Positions 15,249-28,000 of a stretch of DNA of 64,000 nt are shown in pieces. The stretch is from Daphnia carinata (Eukaryota): the NCBI RefSeq assembly GCF_022539665.2, contig NC_081331.1:5208001-5272000 (forward strand). The letters run 5' to 3'. The position numbers and the translations under genes were made by a program. Below the pieces are notes generated by a model. The model worked only from the letters and a program-made list of their open reading frames with translations. It was not told where the DNA came from and did no database searches. Positions within the stretch are counted from its first letter, which is position 1; each line of letters starts with the position of its first letter.

Positions 15249-16525
15249 CTAAGAGCTCTCTTTGTCTTGCTCATTCTTCTTGTCAATCGTTTTCTTCTTC
15301 TCCACTGGACATTGCGGAATTCGGCCAGGTTCCGAACATGTCGGAGTCACAGTGGAAATAGCAAGTTCGAAGACAGTTGACCTTCTTGTCACCGTGAAAA
15401 ATTGTTGCAAGAATTGGCGCTGCAGACCACCAGCAGGTTCCACGTATCTCCTGTTCGTTGGCGGAGCGGGTTTTAAATAGCGCCTGCTGAAAGGCAACGT
15501 AACGGGATTATAGGGACCGTCGTAGAAAGCAGACTCGATGTCTTCTGGTTGTCTGCCGTACACCAACATCAGCTGTGGATCAGCAACGCGAGCTCCTCGA
15601 GATGGAAGTTCTTGTAGGACGGTAGGCTCGACTCTGATAATTCGAAAAAGACCAATGCACATTGGGAACGTCCGAGTTGCATAGAATATTATTTACTCTT
15701 GAACGACAGAGGGAGATACATTGGGAAACTGTTGTTCGTTCGCGTTGAAAGCCTCGTCAAGGAGATCGTGAATTTCTGCTTCTGAAAGGAACCTGTTATG
15801 CAATCAAGAAACATAATGGTGAGTAAAGAAGACGTTTAAATAAAGGCCACTAAGCCAAAGACTCATTAATCGTGATACGTTATGTTAGCAAAAAGAGTAT
15901 TACACTTCGAGGGCTGTGTGTTTGATAGATTGCACCGATTGAATTGGTTTCTTTACCCTTTTGAAAAAAAAGGAAAAAAAATGGACAAACATTACATCTA
16001 GTGTAACTAGTAACTGGTAATTATCATTGGCCTTTAATTATTACCCTTCTTGTTCTGTGGCCTTTTTATCTTCGTCAACTGTTATGCTATGAGAAGTTAA
16101 AGAAGGACAAATTTATAGTACAACCGTCTGATGCTGAAAACAGAACATGTTTACGTTGAAATTATGGAAGGAGATTGAGCCACTGGTCGCATTGGCCGTG
16201 ATGGAAGTCGGCTTGGCCTTTGGCGAATCGAACAGGGAACAGCAACTGATTTCGTGCAGGTGATGGTCGATGTTGATGTCGTCATTTCCATGACAGTTCT
16301 ACGAGTTGGAATGGTGAACTGCTGCGACACTGTCGATACTACGATCTTTGTTTCCGTCACTGTTTCTCTCGAAGGCAAAATGAACGACATGGTCATCAAT
16401 TGCCGAAGTGATTCCATGTCACGCGAGTGATATTTGTGCACGTTTTGGTTATCATTTGTTTGCGTCTCCTTGTCTGCAATGACGTAAGTCACGAAGACAA
16501 TGAATAAAGAAAATGCTAATCGCAT
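15249..16525 (-). CDS. 'ADPQ' family paralog C (~315 aa, 5 exons including two small exons)
   Basis: Exons 16525-16155, 16086-16045, 15957-15904, 15792-15697, 15633-15249, all phase 2 (948 nt). MRLAFSLFIVFVTYVIA signal; CTKSVAVPC; QQFPNVSPSVVQ; RGAR-VADPQ; CSEPGRIPQC. Confidence 0.82.
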
Positions 16526-19500
16526 TTTGAACGGTATAAGAAGGAAGCTCAAGTTGGTAAAAATTTGATGTTGTCGCCTCCTTTACAACAGACTGATGCA
16601 CTCACGGGTATGACATGTCCGTTTTTATACAGGCGATCCGTTTTGTTCACAAACAAGTTTTGATTTCTGGTACATCCAAAAAGCTTCTCTAGTAGGGTAG
16701 CTTTGAATCCCATTTTCTCGAGACGCTGTCCCACTCGTATTATGGTTTACATACATTTTTCGAATTCGGAATCAGGGCTTTGGTTCCTTAAAAAACCTGT
16801 TTCGATAGCGCATTTAATCGTTTACAAACCAACAAAAGGAGCAGCTAAAAAGACAATAGAATTTGGCTTGAAAGTTCACCTTTCTCTACTGCCCTGCTTG
16901 AACAATTGGGACAAATTCAAAACGAGAATTAAATGATAAGGAAACGTAAGATATTTTTGTCTCTCTGTTTTTTGGCACTTAAATTTCAATGGAGTCCAGC
17001 ACATCCTTTATCATGGCGTAATACTGATAAAAATTGAATCGATAAACCAGTTTGCTGACAGCTTGTGACATTCGGGGCATGTCCGCAGGCTCCGACGTAT
17101 CTTACCATTCACGAATGAACATAGACGGGAGAGACGATGCTGAATGGGCCGGCGTGCAATCGGCCTCCTCTTTTGGTTGTGTGCATCGTAAAATGCGGGG
17201 CATAATCTAATGGTAACTATAAATCCAAAATTCTCGTTTACTTGTGATTGCGGGCATTCATTGTATTGCTCGTAAAGTTTGTCCCCCAGATGTGTCGTTA
17301 CACGATTGTAAGTTTCATATGCTAACATTGACAGCATGTATAAACGAACAGTCCATCGATTATGACAGTCCTGAGTATCTAGAAGAGTTACAGCTATCGT
17401 TATATCTATTGAATAGTATACGTAACGCACTGCTGTGTTTGCCACGTCAGCAGTTCCCGAGAAAAAGATATTGGCTGGCATGTTTGGGCTTTCTGTAATG
17501 TTGCCTTTGTTCGAACACTGCAATGAAAGAAGTTGGATAGCACGAAAAACTACCTAACAAACTTTCGCTACCAAGATGGATGTCAGTAACCATCAATCCC
17601 AACTGAGTTCATCTTGTGGATTTAGTTGGTTAGCGGTGCGTTATCAAAACCGTAGGGAGGCAAATAAATAGGACTGTAAACTTCTTATCGGTAAACAGGA
17701 ATCATCGTACGAAAGAATCCGAAAAAAGGAACTAAAAAAACAGTTCTGTATGACTCGGAAGTTCTACACCCGACGAGTAGCAGTGGCCTACTTGTAAATC
17801 GCCACAGTTTTTGTGTTACTGTACCTACGAGTTCGTAAGAGAACGATGGGCGAAAGTTCTAAGTTGCACAATGTGTATTTCTTCCAACGTGTTCTAAGTA
17901 AAGAATATCCCATTTTTGCACTTGTCATTCAATGTCACCTTCGTTCGTGTTGACGTTTGTATCACAATCCCGCAATGTTGGGGGTGGAGCAATAGTGATG
18001 ACAGCTTCGTTGATGGGGATGCGCAATTGTGCTGAGTATAGCCATAAACAGATCAAAACAAAACAGAACAAAGAGTTACGTACTCATTTTCAATAAGAAT
18101 TTTGTGTAAGGATTTAGCGCATTATCTATAACTCCTCCGTTCAAGCACAAGTGTAATTTGAAACGTCTGCCAAATTGTTCTCTGAAAATCTTTGATTCCA
18201 AATCAGATTAGCAAGGTGTTATGAAGGCAGTCTGACTGTAGTTTGACTCTGTCCCCACTGAAAACTGTTCCAGTTGTTTCGTTGTCAAGTGCTCCAATAA
18301 TGAGAAAAAGATACAACCAGCTTCAGTTCATTGAGGCCGTTAAATAAATAAGAATTTTTTTCTTACAGAGATGGACTTGTGCTCTCACATTGACCCTCTT
18401 CTTGCTCATTTAGAAAGCCAGCCTTGGCATTTGACACTGCTAAGGGGAGTGAAAGCCCATGCGCTGGCTATGAAATCTGTCAGGAAAAATGTAAATATTC
18501 TATGATTTAATACGAAAATGTTCAATGATCCTTCAGTCATTTCTTAAAGTATCCTATACATCTACGTGATCCATATTAATGGGTCACGTCCGCTCCTTAT
18601 TTGAAATCCCATCATAAATAAAAAGCTCGGTGCTCTTCCGGGTTGTCATAGACGAGGAGGGCCAACGGCCTCTTTGTTTTTTGGAACTCCAAATAAACTA
18701 GCTCGTCGCATTACCCATATTTGTCTACTTGTTGGGCAACCGCAAACCGTATATGGATTTGCAAGTCTGTTCAACAGTGAATTTAAGTTAGCCATTCTGT
18801 CTTAGTAGTGAGTCATGGCCACCACAATTCAGGTCTCTTTAGATATTATTCACGAAAAATGCCGTTACCACTGTCGACCATACACGATTGGATTAATTAA
18901 CTAGGGCCTTGCAGAAAATTGTTGGATGGTAGGGATTTTAATAGTTTGCGTGAAAACGATTAACGAAGCGTTAAGGTAAGAGTTACTTTAATCAATTCAT
19001 CATTTGGAAAACCTGAGAATTCGTGAAAAAGAAACGTGATTACAGTGACGACCTCTACGATAGATGGCGGCTGTTTGTTAACGCTAGAACTTTTTTAAAA
19101 GCATTTTTTAATGCTGGAAAAAAAGCAGGTCGCTTAACTCGATCCCAAGAGCCTCACCGAAAAAAACAAATAGATCGCAAGTTGAACGATGACGATAAAC
19201 TTCAATCATCGATCACGCTCCGTGAATTTGAATAGGAAGAATCCCGACAAAGCAATGAAAAAATAATAACTACCCTGCACCGGTAATATCATTTCAAGTT
19301 TCATTCCTGAAGCGTTCATCAGTCACTGAAGTGCCGCGGTGTGTCCGTTTCAACTCTTGCTATCATAAAACTTTTTTGCCCGCAACGCCATATAGTGGTG
19401 CAGCATCGTAAAGAAGGCGGATGAATATTGAAACGACGCCATCATCCAGAACCGCAGCTGGGTGGAGAGCTTCACGATGGACTTGTAATCAATAATAACA

Positions 19501-22500
19501 ATAATACAAGAACAGCCCCAACTATTGGCAACCGGACCGTGAACGACTGACTATAGAAGAAACGATAACTATGATATAGCGAGTTTCATTATATCAACTT
19601 GTTGTTCGTCGACATCTACAAAGTTCAATCGATTTATCGGCAAGCTCTCGTGAATAATGACACGCTTTTGGGGCTACTACGGGTCAGGTCATGGCAAAAG
19701 TAGTATATACGTATTTGATATTTAAAAACCCTCATGCTGGGTGGTTTAAAAATCGATGGTCGCAGCATTGGCAATGTAAACCTTAGCGATTGGAAAGTGT
19801 ATAGCGCCATTGTAGTTTCACATTCGACCTTTACCGTTGTAGGTAAGAAGATATGAAGCGGAATAATGTGAGGTGCTCGTGATCCATTTCAAGTTCCGCA
19901 TCGCTCACTTATACTCACTACTCTTGAGACTTCTCCAGGGATCTTTTTGATTCGATTGTGAGTCGCACTTTCCTTCCTCGTTTGCCAACTTCTGCATGAT
20001 TCTATAGTTTTTATCCTTCTACGCGTTGTCTTGTTTTATGACTTTATTGCGCATGGCGGAGTTCACGACCCGTTCACTTAACGTAACTCGTAAAACTGAT
20101 GTTAGATACCTTCTTACAGTATCCAATCAACTGGGTATAGTATTTTACAGACGAAAATAATAGACAGTAAATAATGATTTCCCATCAATTAACGCATTCT
20201 TGTATCAAACATCAAAGTGTATATGAATCCCATTGAATTCAAGAAGGATTTCCTCCATTGTACTTGCGTTTCCACAGGTGTAAACGCAGGTACAGTGTCG
20301 TGGGCATCATCACCTCAAGTTGGGAACTTTCATTTCATCTAGACTTTTAATTTGGCTTAAGTGGCCAATGCATTTTTTTTGTACTACGTAAAAGTGGAAT
20401 TAATTGTTGTGAAATAAGTCTTCTCTTGCATTAGCAGTACGTTATGAAACCTCCCTGAGAATAGCGAAAATTAGCGGCTCACGATAAGGCTGTGAAAGAG
20501 CGCCAATCTGGCAAAATCTATAGAGTTTCGGTTCGTTTCCCATGGATAGATTAAATTTGGGTTTCGTAGAGGGTTGCAAATGTGAGCTTCGCTAAACATC
20601 TCGTTCACTCCCAACGCTCATCAACTTCTTTTTATTCATTTTTTTCCTCGAGCCTTTTGCTGCGCAATGATGTACTGAGTACGTCCAATTTCTTCGTTAT
20701 ACTTTCGTTGGCGAGAAAACGAATTCTTTTCAGCGGAGTTGTGCAGATGCTGCGACATTCACGCCAAATTACTTGAATTCCGCTTTATTAAAACCGATAC
20801 AGCGATACGTCCACTTAACATCAATTATTCATGAACACTGGAACGAGGATGCATCGATCTGTATTCAGCTACATGAAAAGCGTCTGGCTTGTATGCAAAA
20901 TGAAACATTTCGTGTTAAAACGGAATATTAATGGACATTCACCCTAAAGCTACGAGAGAAAACATATGTTGGATGTTTATCGGACGGAAGAAAAACAAAC
21001 GATAGACTACAGGAAAACTCCAATTCTCAATCCGACAGCCTATATCTAATGGTTCATGCGAAAAGAGCCGACATATGAATAGTGTATCAAGCTGCCCACG
21101 TCACCGATGCTGGCATTTTGCGACTGGGTGACGCAGTTACGAATAAATTTGTTCTTTCTAAACGTCTCTGTTGCCTGTAGGAGTCGCTTATTAGATAGAG
21201 TGCTCTCAATTCCATCTCTGATAACATCGCCGACGTTGAAACGCCAGTCGGGTTATTGACGTCTAACGTTCACCATTCTATTACATAAACAAAGTTAGAC
21301 CAAACAGTAAGTCATAGTCAGTAATTATACATGTTTCCGTTTTAGACTAAAAGGTTTCTTACGTAAGGCAATTTCTAAGATGAAAAAGGAATACTTTTCG
21401 AACATGTTAAGCAAATCGTTGATGCAACAGGGAGCTCTCAGCCTAGGCGGGTGTACCTGATCATAGAGTTATTAGTGGGTGGTCAATCACAATAGAAGTT
21501 GGCAACCATGACAACAGTATAGTCGGACTTGCTAATTGAAAAGTTTCCCCCCAAAAACACCTGCTTTCAGGAGAAAGAAGGAGAAAAAGATGTAGCATTT
21601 TCGCATCATCCGAATGGCGTGCAGAATGGAAACTTGATTCATTTACTTTTCATGTCTCATATCCCGTTGTGGTGCCTCAACGCTCTGGAAGCATTTGCAC
21701 GGTAGACTTCCGACTTCCTTTATTTCCCCATTATACTACATACTATATATTGTGTATAACACATACGATCTTTCGTTTTTTTTTTTTACATTAAATAACT
21801 CTGTCTAGTCTCTACATCTTTATTGGTTTTTTCTTGAAACTCATCGTTCATGACACGCGGAGATATATGACATTTGATACCTGATCTCATCTACTATTAT
21901 AGGCAAGGTCGCTAGCATATGAGCCATTTTCCATGGTCTCTGTTAGTTGAACAAACTGCCTGTTTATTACTGTGCAGCTGATATTAAATTTTCATCGCCA
22001 GTGCAATTGCTTTTTTGCACAAGGACAAGAGAGAGAAATTGAGCATGACCGAAAGGAAATCTCTAGAAAATCGTTTATGAGCATTCGATCAAGGATTTTG
22101 TTTCACCCCGCAGCTCGGATCAACCTAAAGACAATCAAAAATTGACACATTGTTCTGACTTAAATGTTTGTAAATTAAAACTTCGTCATTTGGACGACAA
22201 ATCATCATGCTTGTATAACATGTACTTTTGCTTGCGGATGCAATTGCGCACGATACTGATGACAAAATCATCAACAATTCATTGTTTTATCCTTCGACCA
22301 TACATTGTGTATAGATACACGCAAGATCAGAGTAGGGGGTTTGTCTTTAGAGATATATAGATCTGCTGGAGGGTTGTTGTTGCAGCGGGAGCTATGACAA
22401 CGCAGCCGGAACGTCACACGAGTCGTGATACACCTCGTTTCCTCTCCAGTTAATCAATGGCATAGAAGAGGTGGGTATCAAATAGCATTTCCCGTGTTCC

Positions 22501-25047
22501 CCCGGAATTGCCGGACAAACACCGACAGATAATGAGCGTGGTTTATCATCAAGTTTTGCTTTGTTCCAATGCAGAACGATAAAATGAAATGTGATAGTAT
22601 AATACAAGTTTTTCTTGTTTTCTTTCAAACTTTGTTGTTGTCTCTCTTGCATTTCTTGAAGCTCAGTAGGAAATGGCGTGTTTCCCTGAACGAACCTAGA
22701 AAAATGTTGACCCAAGTGCTGTAAAGAAGGGACGCCCGTGACATTTGGGAAGATGATACAAAGTCATGTGATGCATCGTTCAATCTAGGTCTAGTAAATC
22801 AGAGGGGAACAAAAAAAATGGATATCTCCTGCTAAAATGATGGAATCGAGCTAGAAAATAACCGAGTCGTCTTCCAGACACTGTAACTGTTGGGATAACT
22901 GATAGGATAGCTATGAAACAGTAAAGTCGTTTCAGGACTATCCTATATGTCTAACGGGCCTAAAAAAACTAGTATCTCGCATTAGAAGGGGTCTTAACAA
23001 AAAAAAAAAAGCAAAGAAACAATCTTTAGCTGATGGTCAACTACGACGCACTCGCCTTCGGGACGGACAGTCTGGTGGCATTAGACTAGGTCGGTCTGTG
23101 CGATATACAGAGAGTCAAAGAGAGAGGTGGAGCCATGGGCGGAGTCGACTCTATCACGCCGGGTTGTTGTACAGTAATCCAGTAGTATATGGCAGCCGAC
23201 GTGGTGGAGCAGCGGCTCAGATAGAGAACGATCGCCTGCACGATCGAGTTGTGATGGAGGATTACATGTTATACGTTTTTATTTCATAAAATTGGCAGAC
23301 CAAAGTCGTTCGATTGATTAGTTTAACCGGAAAATTGCAATCATCTGAACAAATCGAACGTTCTTCACTTGTGCTGCCCTTTTAGTTCCATCGTCTTCTG
23401 CCGCCTGCTGCTGGATATTTTCCCGGTAAGTTAAAATCTCAATCTCTCATTTTTCATTTCCATAAACTTGTTGAAAGCTCAAGCGGAGTGATCTGTGATA
23501 AAGCAGGCACTGCCTCTGGCTTGTTCTATTTCTGCTAGCTCTAAACTACCCGTAATTGTGAGAACTGTGTATAAATAATACATGCTCCTGTCAATGTAAA
23601 GAAAAAAGAAAGGGGTTTTATTCCTCGTACGTGCCGATATAAGCTTCTGGCCACAGCTGCCGCTTGGGGGCAAATATTTCTTTTTCCCGGAGAAGTCATC
23701 TTATCACGTTCGCCTTTTTAGTTTGATGGGATCCTCCAAGTATGCAATAGCGCGGAGTTCACTCGCCGCCTCTTTAAGCCATCACTTCATCAAACAAGAT
23801 TTAAAAAAAAAAAACGAGAAGAACCTGTGAAATAAAACAAGATTAGACGCCATCGTTCTCTTCAACGTGATGAGCCCTCCTTCCGCACCGTAGACGGCGG
23901 AATAGAAACAAAAGAAAGCAAATGTGTCACGCAAGACTGTAGGAAAAACCAACATCGGCAATCAATAGCGAGCTACCTGTATGTGCCGGTCTTGAATTAA
24001 TTTCCGATGATAGCCTTTCAAATGACAGGTTACGTGTTTCACGACATGGAAAACCAAGAATCGGCGTCTGTCTTTTTTTGTCACCAAAAAAGGGGTTCGC
24101 TGATCTCTGAATGATATGCATAATCTAATTGAAAAATCTCCAGCTGATGGCTTCCATTTATTCCGAATGTTAATGTGTGCCGCTTGATTATTTTTTCCAC
24201 AGTTATATAATAAGGTTTCCTTCCAGCTGTACTCGCTCCCGTTCGTTGTGTTAAACATTCATGTACTTTGCTGGGGCTAACATGCCCCAATGAATCCGCA
24301 TATTTTCTACTTGTTAAGCAAAGTGATGAATTTTAGATGACGTTGTTCAACCCATCTCACTCTAAAACTGGTGTCACTTTAATTCAGCAAATGTACACGT
24401 AGTTTGTAACTCGACGGGGCGTGACTGGCTTTGAACAGAAGCGTTCGCTGATAGCGGAACTCTTCCTGTCATTTTTTTCAATTAAATTCATTCGTTTATC
24501 ACCGCTGCTCGTTTTACTGGGGCTCTAGTAATCATCATGCAGTCATCGTTTCACACTTCGCTATGGTTACAAAGCCTAGCGTTCCGAGTAAATTAACAAT
24601 GCAATAACTTATGTAGCGTTAACCGAGCTCGATGTTCATGAAGTTTCACCTCGAATTGGCTTCATAATTCATTTGAAATTGCCATTTTCAACCAAAGAGG
24701 CTGAAAGAGAAACATCGTGTTCAATTAAACCAAGACAATTGTTTTATTTTAAGCAAAACCAGTCAGCCAACGTTTTTCCAATCAATAATCAAATGTTATG
24801 TGCATCGTGAATGCTAAATAACTGTCCATTAGTAATTGATGTCATGCAATTCCAGTTCCAGAGATTCAACATCTGCTGTATCGTTCGTGTAAACAAGAGG
24901 GCAGTGGACTGCGAACACGCACAATCGATCGTAATAGGGTCTAGCATCAACCCGTGCCTCATTGCTGGGTTTTCTACGCCCTTCACAATGAGCTGATTAC
25001 CACGGAAGAAACTTGACGGTGACTGTTGCCTTCGTTACCATTAAATC

Positions 25048-28000
25048 ATGCCATCAGCTTGCTACGCAAAGAGTGCTGCAGCTGTTTTTCTCGGTTTCTG
25101 GATAACAGCTCATCACCTGCTTCTTGCGGGTACGCATTGTTCGTTCGTCATTTTCGATGATTAAGACACCAGATTGCCGTGCGTGTTTGGGTTGTTCACT
25201 CATCGTGCCTTTTGCTTATACTTTTATCAAGTCGGATCGCACCGGGTGACCCCATTCAACGTCACAGTCAAAGAGCTCAGCTCATCTTCTGCCTTAGTCA
25301 CCTGGTCTCTCTTTGCCGATGAGAGCCAGCCGGATTCATCTAACCGCACGGCGGGCAGCCCGCAGCAGCCGTTTCGATTGGAGATCACATACCGACCGTA
25401 TCGACAAAGGTAACAAACGAGTTAAATAGTTCCGCGATATTATAAAACACTTGATTGTTGTCTGTATTTTACAGACAGAGGATGATTATTGCTGTGCCAG
25501 CAGACGTGACATCGTACATTCTTAGCGATCTAAGGTAAACAACAACTAGAGGACCAAGTAAATTTACGAGAACACTCGAGTCATGTGTGACTCATGATTG
25601 TGGTGCAGCTGTTAGAGTGATTCCATGCAAGTTATCTATAAGGAAGCCATTGTGGTTTGTTACGTAAAAAAATTGTAAAAAAAAAAAAATGGGTCCGCTT
25701 TAATACGATAACTTGAAAGTACTCTAGTACACTCCATGAATGAGGAGGGGTTCAACGTAAGCCGACAACAAAGATGAAATATTCTATTGGATTTGTAAGC
25801 ATTTCATAGAAAAAGACAATGGCAGATTTCCATATTTTATTCCTTTTTCTTTTGTTGCTTCCCAATAGCAAAAACGCTCCGACGAAATTTGCCTAAGTTT
25901 CTGTGGAAATGTCGTCTAATTCTATTGGTACACGGTTGTCCATTGTTGACTGGCATCCCCATTGTGGCCGTTAAGAAAGTTGTCAGACAAAAAATTCTGC
26001 CACACAATTTGAAGTTACAAATATACGTGCCAGAAAGTCTTTGTTAGGTGCTAAAATAGTTCCATCATTAAAAGCGTGAGTTCGTGTGGTGGTTTTAGCC
26101 GAATTGCCCAAGCCCACAGTCGTTGAAGCGTTCCCTATTCCCCCATTTGTTTGGCGAATATTTATTTTTCAACATATAATATGGACAAGATTAAAGTGGG
26201 AACGAAAAGTTCAAACAGCTAGCAATATAATCCCGATGGTTTTGAAATGGTCAGGAAAAAAAAAGTTACGCTTAATGTCTCGCGAGCGGCGGAGCTATTC
26301 CACCGTGTTATCAAATGCCGAAGTTGAATAGACTCAACCTCGATCGTTATTCTTTCTCGTCAGACAATTGCAACACGAACATTGGCGCATGTCATCCAAA
26401 GCCTCTTTTTTTCGCGTAAACTTGACGACCATTAAGTAGCTACCCTAGTGTGAAGATTAGCATTTAACCCAAAGTGGATCGGCGAATTAGGACATCACTC
26501 GATTTGGCAACAACCTGAGCCCTGCTCGCGCCCTTTATTGTTCCCAACCCCTTAATATATGTATGTTACGTAATGGTAATCGTCTGCTAAGGCTAGTATA
26601 GTGGTCGTCTCGACAACATGTGGTCGTCTCTGTCAAACATACTTAACGTGCTTCGAATCAACATCGCATAAATATCTCTGAAATTAAATTGATGAGAATG
26701 AAACGCTAACAACATTTCGTTTTGTGGCTTAAAATCAAAGACCAGGAAGCGATTACATGGTCAGAGTAACAAGCGTAACGAAAGGCCATCGGATACGTAG
26801 CCAGCCCGTCCGGCTGTCCATGTCGCAGGTGTTGTCGGCCGGACCACCACCTGACGAACTTGACGGAGTTTATCTATCACCGCCGTCATATCCTCCTCAT
26901 TTAATGGAAGATGGATACTCACCTCTGTTGCCTCCATTCATTGCACCTCCACCGCCATCGAGTCAATCCCGCAATTACCGACCAACGGGAAATTTCACGT
27001 CCATCTTGGCCGATTACCGATTCCCTCCGACAGCCAACAGCGCTGGAGTAGTTTACGTGCGCGGTGAAGAAGTTGGAATTGTTATCCTAGTTCTTATAGG
27101 TAAGTCACGTGAGATTGTTCATCACAATTCAAACCGCTGTCACGCGTAGCATGTATAATTAATTTCATTTATTTATGGGCGCGAGACGTGCAAAATAGTT
27201 TGGGAAACAAGAAATACGGTGTCTTAATTAGCGAATGATAATTAGGCGAAACCTGTCCAAAAATTCGATGGTTAAAAAGAAAAAAAATGTCAACTCATTT
27301 TTTTCTTTTGACATCTCATTATGTCGACGACACACTTTCGCTTGATTTATTACCTTGGCAACTCGTCACTCACGCAAAGGAATCTAATAGAGCTCGACAT
27401 CAAAGAGTTGCTGTAGAAAAGGACATCGGGCCTTTTCGTCTTTTTCTGTATGGATTGAAAGGCTCAGCATTTAAAAGAATAAGCGAAAAACCGCCTTATT
27501 CAATTAAACCCGAGTGGCTATTTTTTTTTTCTTAGACATCATTTCTCCTTTTTGCTCGCTCTCTATCTTTTTTGAGCTTTTTCACAATTCGTTCCGATCC
27601 TATCTCATGTTTTCCTGTTTTGTCGTATCTCCTTACGATCGATATGAAAATCTTTCCGCAGTTTTCTACCGTGTCTATTCATGGCGTTACGGTGTTGTTG
27701 CCTGTAAAACTTGTTCGAGCATTGACAGAAGAGACGTTTCTTTTTTTTTTTTTGCGAAATTTGAGACATAGTCCTAGGCTACTGTTTTTTTTTTTTTTTT
27801 TGGGGGGGGGGGGTTCTTCGTTTCCCAAGTGCTTTCCTCCGCAATTCCAAATATTGTGTCGACCTAGAAAGGTACTTAACTCACGTTTACGAGAAGGGAG
27901 AGGCAGACGACTGGCAAGAGGTAATCAAGTTGTCCAATAACGGAACTCCAACCGACTCTCCCTCGACGCAGCTTATAAAAGTGGTCATTTGATCTTAGCT

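Noticed and set aside
15097..18061. 17-nt match ATAAACAGATCAAAACA near 15097 and 18045
   Set aside because: Similarity does not extend convincingly; AT-rich.
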